NCBI GenBank assembly: GCA_918797485.1
Contig: CAKKNE010000003.1
Span: forward strand, 124,001 to 188,000
DNA from: Pelagomonas calceolata
Lineage: Eukaryota
Direction of reading: 5' to 3'
DNA length: 64,000 nucleotides
The notes under the pieces were generated by a model. It was not told the DNA's origin. It made no database searches and saw nothing but the letters and a program-made list of their open reading frames with translations. Shown here one piece after another: positions 51,974 to 61,657 of the stretch. Made by a program: the position numbers and the translations under genes. Within the stretch, counting starts at the first letter, position 1. Each line of letters starts with the position of its first letter.

Positions 51974-52404
51974 GGCTGCGAATTCGTGCGAGTGATGCGA
52001 GCGTCGCCCGCGTCGAGCTCGCTTAGCCCTCAAATGCAAACTTGTAGTGTGAGCTGGCTCCTGCCCAGAGGTGGCGTACCCGCGTTTCTCGTTCCACGAC
52101 GTTGCGTAGCGTTAGTGCGACCCAATGCGCACCACTGCGCCCACCAGTGCACTGCACGGCCGCGCTAGCTCTGTGAGCTTGGTCACACAGCTTTGTTGTC
52201 AGCTTTGTGAGGTGCTCTCTGCTCGTAATCTCGGAGCGTACGCGCACGCGTGCGACAGAGGCCTCGCGCAACAGTGCAGCACTATCAGCTGGCTGTAGCT
52301 AGGACAAATTTGCCGGCGCCGTGACCTCGCAAAAACTTTGGACTGCTGCAGGGTGCATCCTCTCAGCCTGCAAAGCGCGCGAGCTAGGCCGCGAGGCGTT
52401 GACC

Positions 52405-53186
52405 ATGCGCCGACGACTCGTCGGCGCACTGCTGCTTGTGCACTGCTGTTCCGGCGACGACGCCACCGCCGCCGTCGCCGTGACGGCTCAACTCGCAGAA
52501 ACGTTCGCGGCGGCCTGCAATGCAACTGATTTCCACGCGCTCGTCGATTTGCCGGCGGCGAAATACGTTCATGTCATGGACTTCTCCAGGGGAATCGAAG
52601 CTGCCATCTCCGCGAAACGCGGCGTGCCTTGCGTTTTGCGCCGCTTGGCCCGCAGACCGGCAAACAGCCGGTGCGCGCGCTGGTACGTGGGCCGCTACGA
52701 CGAGGTGCGGCGGAACATGTATACGACAGAGATGTTCGAGAACGCGACGAAAACTATCGATGGCTACGCGGGCATCCGCGACGTGCACATCGGTCTTGAT
52801 ATCGGGCGGGCGCTGGCACGCCGGTCACGCGCCGGCCCAGGGCGTCATTCAAAGCCGGCTACAACCCCGACGCGGGCGACTACGGCCACGTTATCGTTAC
52901 GGAACACGTGATAGAAGGCGTGCGGTGCTGGATGCTCTTCGGACACCTCGACTCCGCGTCGGTGGCGTTCAAACGCGTGGGCCAGGTGGTGGAGCGCGGC
53001 GAGCGCATCGGAGCGTTCGGCGCATCGCACGAGAACGGAGGTTGGGCGCCGCACGTGCACTTCCAGGTCTCACTCATTCCGCCGGCGACGCACGACATGC
53101 CCGGCGTCGTCTCCGCCGCGCAGCGCGACCGGGCGCGACTGGAGTACCCCGACCCGCGATTGATTGCGGGGATGTTGTATACATAA
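52405..53186 (+). CDS. M23-family (LytM-like) metallopeptidase with signal peptide (frameshifts near 52810-52850)
   Basis: HIGLD (HxxxD), GDYGHVIV, LFGHL, GQVVERGERIG, ENGGWAPHVHFQ (HxH). Confidence 0.85.
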
Positions 53187-53223
53187 TCTGTTGTCATGCG
53201 ATCAATGGTAATTACACAAGCAA

Positions 53224-54084
53224 TCAGCCGCCCCAGAAGTAGCAAGCGACGTGGCGGAAGAGCGGGTCCGGCAATTCATCAAGCGGTAGGCCGCCCGCGG
53301 CGCGGCCCCGCGCGGCATAGCGCGTCTGGAGGGCCCGGATGACCACAAGGTCGCGTCTCGGGCCGGCCAGATGGCGTCTCCAGGAACCGGCAGCCCTCAC
53401 GGCCCGGAGCGTGTCGAGGCCCCGCCGCACTCGCGCGCGCGCTTCGGATTCTGACCGGACCGTCTGCAGGAGCGGGAACAGACTCTGTTCGGCCTCGGCC
53501 GGGTCCATCGCCAGCAAGTTCAGGTCGGGCCGCGCGCCGGCTCGCAGCAGCGCGCGCACGGTTTGCAGCTCCCCGAAGGCCGTCGCGACGACAAGCGCGG
53601 TGCGGCCCGTGCCCGTGCGCGCGTCGCGCGTCGCGCCCCGCGCCAAGAGTAGTCGGACGACGTCGGCGGCGCCCTGGCGCGCGGCGACGTGTAGGGCCGT
53701 CCACCCATCGGCGGCCTTCTTGTTGGGATCCGCCCCGGCGCCCAGGAGCCGCGCGCAGAGCGCCGCGTCGCCCCGAAAGGCAGCGTACGCGAGCGGCCGG
53801 CTCCGGTGGCCCGACGGCGTCTCGGGGTCCGCGCCGCCGTCGAGGAGGACGTCGACGCATCTTTTGCGGCCGTGAACCACCGCCACGACTAAGGGCGTCC
53901 TTCCTAAACCGTCGCGCGCGTCCAGCGAGAGCCCCGCCGACACCGCCTCGCGTACGGCGTCGACGTCGCCGGCCCGCGCCGCGCGCCAGAGCGCGTGCGG
54001 CTCTTTTCGCGCTGGCAGGTCGCGGAGCTGGAGCTCCGGCGTGACGCGTCGCGGCGCTTGTTGTTGCGGCTCCACCTCCATCAT
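53224..54084 (-). CDS. Ankyrin-repeat protein
   Basis: GRTPLVVAV, SRPLAYAA, GWTALHVAA, GRTALVVA repeats. Confidence 0.9.
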   Translation of the reverse strand: MMEVEPQQQAPRRVTPELQLRDLPARKEPHALWRAARAGDVDAVREAVSAGLSLDARDGLGRTPLVVAVVHGRKRCVDVLLDGGADPETPSGHRSRPLAYAAFRGDAALCARLLGAGADPNKKAADGWTALHVAARQGAADVVRLLLARGATRDARTGTGRTALVVATAFGELQTVRALLRAGARPDLNLLAMDPAEAEQSLFPLLQTVRSESEARARVRRGLDTLRAVRAAGSWRRHLAGPRRDLVVIRALQTRYAARGRAAGGLPLDELPDPLFRHVACYFWGG

Positions 54085-54626
54085 TCCGGCGTTGCGCGTC
54101 GCGGCGGCGCCAGATACAGCAATGCAATGCTCTTTTTGCCTTTTTTTGCCCCACAGGGGTGTTTTCCAGCGCCGATTTTGCTGCCACTCAAGTATGCAGA
54201 CCAAGACGAAGCTCCAGAGCCACTTTCAGCTCTCTGGATGGACTTTGCCACGGAGCTTGCATCCAAAATGGGGCCAAGGTACGCACCGTGACGAAGACTT
54301 TCGCTCTGAGCAGGATACCCTCACCCCTCTCGGCCGGACGGCGTCCCACGGGACGTGCGCGACGAGGTGGGCGAAGAAACGGAGGCACAGATTTAGCGTC
54401 TTTTAGCCTATTTTTTTGCTAAAGGACAAGGAACGGCGCCGCGCCTCAAACAAGCCGCGCGCAAGAGCCGCGGACACACTGAGCACCTTTTCCAGCGCTC
54501 CTCATACCGCAGCTGTCGTGGCCGCAGCGTCAGAGCCGCCGCTTTGTTGGCAAGCCTAAAAAACAAATCAACTGTTGGAGCCACTCCCGCCTCGCGCGCG
54601 CGCCGGCAAAAGACAAAAAGATAATC

Positions 54627-55486
54627 ATGGACACAACCCCACCAGACCGCGAGTTCTGCGCACGCGGCGAGCAGCTCTACGTCGAGGCGCAGCTCGACCT
54701 CGCGTGCTGGCGGCGCAGCTACCCCCAGATCGAGCACCTCAAGGCCGCCGTCGCGGACCGCGAGCTGGCCGTCGATTCCAATTCGCCGCTGGGCCTGCGC
54801 GTGGCCATCGCGCAGGCGGCGCGCTTCCACCACGAAGGCGTGAGCTCGTCGCGCGAGTGCGTGCTCTGCCTCGAGATGACGCTCAACATCCTCACACACA
54901 TCCACGTCAAGCCCTGGAACGTGCACGCGAAGCGCGCGCTCGCGGATTTGAGGAGGGCGGCCATGCTCTTCGCCGAGGGCGAGGGCCCTCAGGCCTTCGA
55001 GCAGGCGCTCCAGCGGGCCTACGCGTCGCCCGCCGACCGCGGCCCGGACTCCTTCGACTACTGCGCGGAGCTGGCCCGCGCGGCCGCGCGGCTGCGCGCG
55101 GCCGACCCCTACGCGCGGCGCCGGGCGCTCGGCGACGGCGACGCGGCGACGGCCGCGCGCGCCGCGCTGGCCGGCGTCGAGCGCATGCTGCTCGACATCG
55201 AGAACCAGTACTGTCCCGAGCCCAAGTTCGCCAAGATCATCAGGGGCGACGCGGCGGCGGGCGCGGCGCCCGGCTTCGTCGAGGCCGCGGGCGCGGCGGC
55301 GCCCGAGCCCGCGTTCGCGCCGCAGCCGCCGCCGCCGCCGCGCTTCGCGCCGCCGCCGCCGGCGTTGCCGCCCCAGCCGCGCTTCCCGCCGGCGTCGCCC
55401 CGCGGCGCGCGCCGCCGCCGCCGCCGCCGCGCCGGTCGCCCGCCGCCGCCGCCGCCAGCGGCGGTCGCCCGCGGCGCCGCGGTCGC

Positions 55487-55517
<31 letters not shown>

Positions 55518-56689
55518 GCGGCGACGCCGGACACGGGCGCGCGCGCGACGGCCGGCGGCGGCAGCCCCGCGGTCGTCCCGGCCGCTCGGACGACGACGAC
55601 GAGATCAGCGAGCCGGCGCCGGTCTCGGAGTCGCAGGCCGCGGCCGAGGACCTCACGGGCCTGCTGCCCGGCGCGCCCGTGCGCGGCAAGAACGCCAAGG
55701 GCTCGCGGAAGCGCCGGCGCTGGACGGCCGACGAGGAGACGGCCGTCAAGGACGGCTACCAGATGTACGGCGACAAGTGGGCCAAGATCCTGCGCGAGTT
55801 CTCCGTGCTCAGAAAGGGCGGCCGCACGAGCGCCGACGTCCGCGACAAGTTCCGCAACCTCGTGAAGAAGGACCCGGCGCTCGCCGGGCCGCCCAAGCGC
55901 GCGCCGGCCGACGGCCGCACCGACGACGAGGACGACGAGGACGAGGAGGAGGCGGCGGCGCCGGCGCCCGCGCCGAAGCGCCGCCGCTCGTCCGGCGGCG
56001 CCGCGCCGGCGCCGGCGCCGGCCGCCGCGCCGCCGCCGCCGGCCGCGGCGCCCGCGCCCGCCGCGCCGCCGGCGCCGCGCGTGCCGGCGGACGCGTGGGT
56101 CCCCGTCTGCGCCGAGTGGTGCCGCAAGCGCCTCGTGGCCGAGCCCGACGCCAAGGTGCACATCTCGACGGTCCGCGACGCGTTCGCGTCGTCGACGGCG
56201 CTGCCGGCGGCGCACGCGGGCGCGCTGCGCGAGGCGTTCAAGCGCCCCAAGTCCAGGGAGTCCAAGGCGTTCAAGAAGACGCTCGAGGCGATCGTCAAGG
56301 GCAACATCAAGAACCAGGTCGTGATCGACGGCAAGAACCAGGTGGGCATCCTCCACTTCCGCCTCAAGGGCGACCACGTCGTGGACGACGACGAGGAGGT
56401 CCTCTCCGACGCCGGCGCGGCCGAGCCGGCCGCGGAGGAGGAGGAGGAAGAGGAAGAGGCGAGTGCCCTTTCCCCCTTCATCCCTTGTAACTCCATGCCA
56501 CCTTCCTTTCGGTCCTGGACTCGTCCGTGCGTTTGCTCTGTGGTCGAGTCAGGGTTGCGCGGCGGCTGGTTGAGTGGACTACCTTCCTATAGAGCCAAGC
56601 CTCAGCCTTTCTTACCCAAAACGGGAAAAAGAGAGAGAGAGAGCCACTTATTGAACCCACCCCCAGGTAGTACGGACCCCGAGCGCTAG
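54627..56689 (+). CDS. Telobox/TRF-like single-Myb protein (frameshift in the Pro-rich linker; 3' end uncertain)
   Basis: RRRWTADEETAVKDGYQMYGDKWAKIL...RTSADVRDKFRNL; helical N-terminal domain in ORF 54627. Confidence 0.75.
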
Positions 56690-56717
56690 GGAAGTGCTAG
56701 TGTCTCGACATACTAGC
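56629..56717. repeat. Dispersed ~90-bp repeat, copy 2 (ends in the CTAG motif at 56696-56717)
   Basis: (ga)n-gccacttattgaacccacccccaggtagtacggaccccgagcgct..., colinear with 40567-40654. Confidence 0.8.
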
Positions 56718-56849
56718 CTTCGACCTCGAATTCAGTCGAGCAAACCAGTAGGATTGCTGTAATTCTGTCTTAATTCGTTGCATTCGAGCGCAACATATCA
56801 ACCACAGCACCGCGGCACAAAGGGGGCAGCCGCAAACGCCATCGCTGCG

Positions 56850-57704
56850 ATGAAATACGCAGTCCTTTGGGCAGCAGCGGCCTGGGCCGACATCCCGAAG
56901 CGCCTGATCACGTCGCACAAGCTGCCCCTGGACGAGACGCCGGCGGCGCTGAAGCGGAACATTGAGGAATGGCGGACGCTCAACCCAGAGATGGAGTTTA
57001 CGTACTTCGACGACGCGGCCCAGGCGGCGTGGATGGCGGCGCGCTGCGAAGTTAAAGGCTGCATCGAGGCCTACCGCAAGCTCAACAGCGGCGCCGGGCG
57101 CGCGGACCTGTTTAGGGTGGCGTGGCTCATTTATGAAGGCGGCTGGTGGTTCGATTCAGATCTCAAACCGGGTCCCATCGCCAAGGCCTGCGATCTGCAG
57201 AGCGCCGCGTCGCTGGACATGTTTGCGGTGCGCGAGCCACGGAAGGGCCACGTGCGCTTCATGGTGATTGGAGGAAGGGCGCACCCGCTGCTCAAGGCGA
57301 CGCTCCGGCGCCAGATCTCGAACATTTTTGAAGCGAAGCGCCTGCCGCCCAAGAAGCAGCCGCGGACGCTGCACGTCACGGGGCCCTTCACGCTGGGCCG
57401 GACGATCTGCGACCCCTTCCGCCACGCGCCGGCGGCGGAGCTGCTCGGGGCCGGGCACGCGCGCGACGGCCACGAGGGCGCCAGAAGTGTCGCCGCCTTC
57501 TGCGAGGGCCCGTTCTTCACCGGCATGAAGGATGGGGATCGGGACCCGAAGGCGGACTGGGCCGGGACCTACGCCGAAAATACGCCCCTGGCGTTCCGTT
57601 TTGATGGGTGCGGCGGCCACTGGCACCGGCCGGGCGCGCGGATGTCGTACGCGGAGGTGCTCAAGGAGATGAACGTGACGCACCACCTGAAGATCACCGC
57701 CTAA
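56850..57704 (+). CDS. GT32 (Och1-like, DxD) glycosyltransferase
   Basis: IPKRL, WRTLNPEMEFTYFDD, RADLFR...YEGGWWFDSD, VTGP. Confidence 0.85.
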   Translation: MKYAVLWAAAAWADIPKRLITSHKLPLDETPAALKRNIEEWRTLNPEMEFTYFDDAAQAAWMAARCEVKGCIEAYRKLNSGAGRADLFRVAWLIYEGGWWFDSDLKPGPIAKACDLQSAASLDMFAVREPRKGHVRFMVIGGRAHPLLKATLRRQISNIFEAKRLPPKKQPRTLHVTGPFTLGRTICDPFRHAPAAELLGAGHARDGHEGARSVAAFCEGPFFTGMKDGDRDPKADWAGTYAENTPLAFRFDGCGGHWHRPGARMSYAEVLKEMNVTHHLKITA

Positions 57705-57730
57705 TGTTCTTGTTGTGACAAACAGTGTAC

Positions 57731-58531
57731 TTATGCCCCCTCCCCACGACTCTGGGCGAACAACCAGGCCCACATCGGCGAGTCGACCTTGTACGCCGGC
57801 GTCCAGGCGTTGTGGTGCTCCATGTACGCGACGTATGGCGGGCTCTCGGGCGTCTCCTCGTCCGTCAGCTTCGTGAAGCGCACCGGCGCGTCGAGCTTCT
57901 CCAGCGCGGCCACCAGGGCCTCGGTGTCGCTACATGGTACGGCGCTGTCCGATTCCGAATGCCAGAACCAGCAGGGCGTCTTCGCGAGGAGCGGCGCGAA
58001 GACCACGCTCCCGCCACCGCACACGGGAACCACGGCGGCGGCCGGCGGGCAGCGGTCGCTGAAGCCGTCGCCGCGGCGCGCGAGGCGCGCCGCGAGCGTG
58101 TAGGCCCCTAAACCGCCGCACGACGGGCCCGTGACGTAGACGCGGTCCCGATCAACCGCTGCCATGGCACCTCTTGCCTCCTCCGCAAAGTACGCGTCGA
58201 TGATTTTCAAGGTCGTGCCGGCCTCGCGCGACGTCTTGCACCACTCCCTTTTTGCTGCGAGGAGCGGGGCCACGACGACGGCGCGCGGGGCGATGTCTCC
58301 GGCGCGTAAGAGTGCTGGAGGGCAGTTTGGCCCTTTTTCAAAAATCTGTTGGATGTCGTCTCCCCTGGACGACGCACCGTGCAGGTAAATTATCAGAGGC
58401 AGCGGTCCGGCCGGATAGATTGGTGTCCAGACCAGGAGCTGCTCGCCCGTCTCGAGGCGGTAGTGCCCAAAGCGGTCAAAGCTGGCGACTTTCTGCAGTT
58501 TCGCGGGGTACAGGGCGGCGAGGGCAGCCAT
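57731..58531 (-). CDS. Alpha/beta hydrolase (predicted esterase/peptidase)
   Basis: PLIIYLHGAS, VDRDRVYVTGPSCGG (GxSxG), WFWHSESDSAVP, HNAW. Confidence 0.85.
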   Translation of the reverse strand: MAALAALYPAKLQKVASFDRFGHYRLETGEQLLVWTPIYPAGPLPLIIYLHGASSRGDDIQQIFEKGPNCPPALLRAGDIAPRAVVVAPLLAAKREWCKTSREAGTTLKIIDAYFAEEARGAMAAVDRDRVYVTGPSCGGLGAYTLAARLARRGDGFSDRCPPAAAVVPVCGGGSVVFAPLLAKTPCWFWHSESDSAVPCSDTEALVAALEKLDAPVRFTKLTDEETPESPPYVAYMEHHNAWTPAYKVDSPMWAWLFAQSRGEGA

Positions 58532-58869
58532 TTGTGCTGCTATATTGTGTGGGAATAACTGCTGCTGTGTCCAGGGCTGCTTCAACGCGCCGGCACGCTC
58601 GATCCACCCCACGGTTCACGGGGAGCGTCGATTGGCGTTCGAACTCTGGGGCTGCCCAAGTTTTGCATCGATGATGGGGGCTCGGGCTCTCGCAGACTCT
58701 CGAGCACAAAAGGAAGCCCAAGCTGGAAGAAAAGAACAATGGCGACCACTCCAAAACGCCGAGGACGAATCAGGCGGCGACTTTCAGCTTGGGTGCCGTA
58801 GGTGCCACGTTGGAAGCGGCGCTCTGCCGCCGTGGTCGCCGCTGCGCGCAGCGAAATTGCAATCCAACG

Positions 58870-59598
58870 ATGTGCAACACTTCTGGAATCCCCCCTGCCC
58901 CGCCGCCAAGTCCAACAGCATCAAGGGTAGCTGGGATGATGCAAAAATTGCAAGTGGCGCAAAAACCGCCCAGCAGCGCGACGCATACCGTGTCATCAGG
59001 CAGCGAGAGCAACGGCACGCCGAGCGCGCCGCCGCCGCGGACGCTGTCCATCTCACCGCTGCAGCGCGACGACGAGACGGCCGAGCTCGAGGCGCGCGTG
59101 CTAAGATTAGCGCGCGCCTGCGCCGCGCGGGGCCGCCGCGCCGCGCGCCGCGACCGCGGGCGGTCGCAGTCGCGGTCGCGCAGCCGCAGTCAGATCCGCC
59201 GCGATGTGCCGCCGACGATGGACTCGGACGCGGACGACGAGCGCGACTCCGAGACGGAGCACGCCTCGCCGCTGCGCCACCTCCGGCGCCTCGCGCCGCG
59301 GGCGCAGAGCGGGAAGCGAGTGCGCATCGAGGATAACCTTCGCCAGGCGCGCTGCCGGCCCCGCACGGCGAGCTGGGGCGACGCCGAAGCCGCTCGGACG
59401 CGGCGGGCTGACGCGCGGCGCGCGTCACGCGGCGCCACACGCGCGCTGTCGTCGGCGCTGCGCATGGCGAGAAGCTACCGCACGGGCCTGAACCGCCTCG
59501 CGCCGTCCGACGACGAGTCCGAGTCCGAATCGTCCGACGGCGAGCTTTTCGAGGACGAGGCGCGGTCCGCCTTCGCTGCCGCGCTCTGGGACCTCTGA
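58870..59598 (+). CDS. Hypothetical low-complexity protein
   Basis: Open frame with S/R/P-rich and acidic segments; no family recognised. Confidence 0.55.
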   Translation: MCNTSGIPPAPPPSPTASRVAGMMQKLQVAQKPPSSATHTVSSGSESNGTPSAPPPRTLSISPLQRDDETAELEARVLRLARACAARGRRAARRDRGRSQSRSRSRSQIRRDVPPTMDSDADDERDSETEHASPLRHLRRLAPRAQSGKRVRIEDNLRQARCRPRTASWGDAEAARTRRADARRASRGATRALSSALRMARSYRTGLNRLAPSDDESESESSDGELFEDEARSAFAAALWDL

Positions 59599-59693
59599 TC
59601 GATCATCACCACGCTCGAGACCGAAGACCGAAGACCCCCTCCGAACCCCTAATCTAATTTGTCATACTAAAATTTCTCACAGAAGGGTGCTTG

Positions 59694-61190
59694 CTAGGAA
59701 CCGGCGAGCGCGGCCAGCGCGCGGTCGGGGTACGTCTTGTTCCGCTCGTTCACGATGTCGCCGCGCGCGCCCTCGATCGCGGCCTCCGCGCCGGCTTCAC
59801 GGAGCGCTGCGGCGCCGCCGGCCACGGCGAGCGCCTCGATCGCGAGGCACCCCTGCTCCTGGAGCGTGGGCTCGCCCGACGCGACGTGTGCCTCCATGGC
59901 AGAAACGAGCCGCGCCGCGCCGTCGTTCGCGAGCAGCTTCGCCGCGTTCGCGCCGCTCTTCGCGAGCACGCGGCAGCACCCGAGGAGCACCTCGGCGAGC
60001 GAGGGCTCGTCGCCGCAGCACGGCAGCGCGAGGGCCGCGGCGACGCGCTCGCACGCGCCGGCCTCGCCGAGCGCCGCCGCGTGCGCACTGCCCAGTCGCA
60101 GCAGAGCGTCCGCGACGGCCTCGACCGCGGTCTCCGGCTCTTCCAGCGCGAGCGCGCTCCCGAGCAGGCGGACGACGGCCGCGCAGTCGCCCGAGCTCTC
60201 GGCCGCCTCGACTGCGTCGACGATCTCGTCCTCGTCCATGGCGGCGACTGCCGCGGCGTCCTGGCTGACCGGCGACGAGGCCGTGTTGACCGTGGGGCTG
60301 ACGGCCACAACCGGCGCGATGGCAGGCGCCTCGACAACGGGAGCGAGCAGCGCGAGGTAGTCGCGGTTGTAGTACGTGTTCGACGCGTCCGGCGCTGATA
60401 ACTCGCGGACGACGCGCAAGCCCGCGCGCGAGACCAAGCACCGCACGGTCTCGGGCGTGACGAAGTAAAACCCGCCGACCGAGTACTTCTCCTGGGCCTC
60501 GAAGCGCCGGAAGCCGTCCGGCGCCAGGAGATTCGACGTCGAAATGAACGCTTTCCCCTCATCCTTTAATAAAGCTCGGATCCGCTTCAGACACCGGAAC
60601 ATGGCGTGCGCGTCCATGTGCACCATGACGTCAAAACAGTACACGAAGTCGTACGCGTGTTTATGTTGCGGAGCGTAGTGCCGCGGCTTGTCGGAAAACC
60701 CGGCGTCGGCGCCGCTGGCGTCGCCGTGGATTTGCGCGAAGGTCACATTTTCCTGGGACGCGAGAGCCTGTTTCGCGGCCGCGAGCATCTTGGCACTCAC
60801 GTCGAAGCACTGGAGCTTCGATACGCGAGGCGCGACCATTCTACCGATGCGGCCGCCGCCGCTGCCGATCTCGCAGCAATGCGTCTTCAGTGAAACTTCG
60901 CTGAGGATCCACTCGTCGACGACGCGTTTTGTATGGGCCGCCGGGGCCCACTCGTCGCCGACGTTTTCCAATGTTTCTTTGGCTTCACGGTTCGAGGCCG
61001 CCATGCCGGCGACCCAGCCTGCCTCGGCGCCCCACTCGCTCGCGTAGACGTCCCAGAGCTTCTCGTTCGTCTGCACGTTGCCGGCGTCGGGGTAGATGAG
61101 CGCGCCGCTCAGCTTCTGGACCATTTGCTGCACCATCTCGTGGCCGCGGCCGGCGGCCTCGCGCAGGTATTCTTCCGTGTCGGCTTGCAT
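59694..61190 (-). CDS. Class I SAM-dependent methyltransferase fused to C-terminal ARM-like repeats
   Basis: EIGSGGGR, FDVS, YDFVYCFDVMVH, LLKDEG; C-terminal EAGACERVAAAL / LQEQGCLAIEALA. Confidence 0.85.
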   Translation of the reverse strand: MQADTEEYLREAAGRGHEMVQQMVQKLSGALIYPDAGNVQTNEKLWDVYASEWGAEAGWVAGMAASNREAKETLENVGDEWAPAAHTKRVVDEWILSEVSLKTHCCEIGSGGGRIGRMVAPRVSKLQCFDVSAKMLAAAKQALASQENVTFAQIHGDASGADAGFSDKPRHYAPQHKHAYDFVYCFDVMVHMDAHAMFRCLKRIRALLKDEGKAFISTSNLLAPDGFRRFEAQEKYSVGGFYFVTPETVRCLVSRAGLRVVRELSAPDASNTYYNRDYLALLAPVVEAPAIAPVVAVSPTVNTASSPVSQDAAAVAAMDEDEIVDAVEAAESSGDCAAVVRLLGSALALEEPETAVEAVADALLRLGSAHAAALGEAGACERVAAALALPCCGDEPSLAEVLLGCCRVLAKSGANAAKLLANDGAARLVSAMEAHVASGEPTLQEQGCLAIEALAVAGGAAALREAGAEAAIEGARGDIVNERNKTYPDRALAALAGS

Positions 61191-61373
61191 TGTTTCGCTG
61201 CGTAAGCTGTCGGCGACTCGGAGATGATTACCGCAAGGCTGCTGGTGCTTTTCCCAAAGGCGGAAGCTGCGAACGATGCTAGCGTTGTTGCAGCGAATCG
61301 ATGCGGCTTGCGAGCCTTATTTGCATCCACTAGTGCATTACAAGCGCCAAAATCGCGGCTGCGTGAAAGTCGA

Positions 61374-61397
61374 GCTAGCGGCCTGTAAGACACTAGC
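61374..61397. promoter_or_regulatory. Consensus copy of the CTAG-N14-CTAG motif in a divergent promoter
   Basis: gctagcggcctgtaagacactagc. Confidence 0.6.
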
Positions 61398-61657
61398 AAA
61401 CAAGACTTAGGGAACCCGTCCTCCAAAAATGATAAGCAGCGCCAACCGTCTCAATCAGCCGGCCCCGGCATCTCCGCCGGCGTGCGGGCTCAAACTCGAT
61501 TCGGCTGCGAGCCCAATTAAAAACAGGGCGCGCGACGTCGTGCACGCATAGTCGTGCGCCATCAACGCACCACAGACTCGGCTGCCCAAAAACAGCGAAC
61601 GACGGGCAGCCCTAGGCAAACAAAAACGAGAGCAGGCAGCCTATAGACACAACCAGA

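Noticed and set aside
6517..53186. Calling frameshifted genes pseudogenes
   Set aside because: Conserved genes with intact motifs on both sides of each shift and no accumulation of nonsense changes; sequencing error is more parsimonious.
55320..55520. (CCG)n/(GCC)n runs, plus (AT)n at 18697-18708 and the PKPKPK repeat at about 33013-33047
   Set aside because: Ordinary low-complexity coding repeats or microsatellites.
1092..61397. CTAG motif copies read as CRISPR repeats or attC-like cassette sites
   Set aside because: The context is eukaryotic, copies are kilobases apart in mixed orientation, they flank housekeeping genes, and no cas or integrase gene is present.
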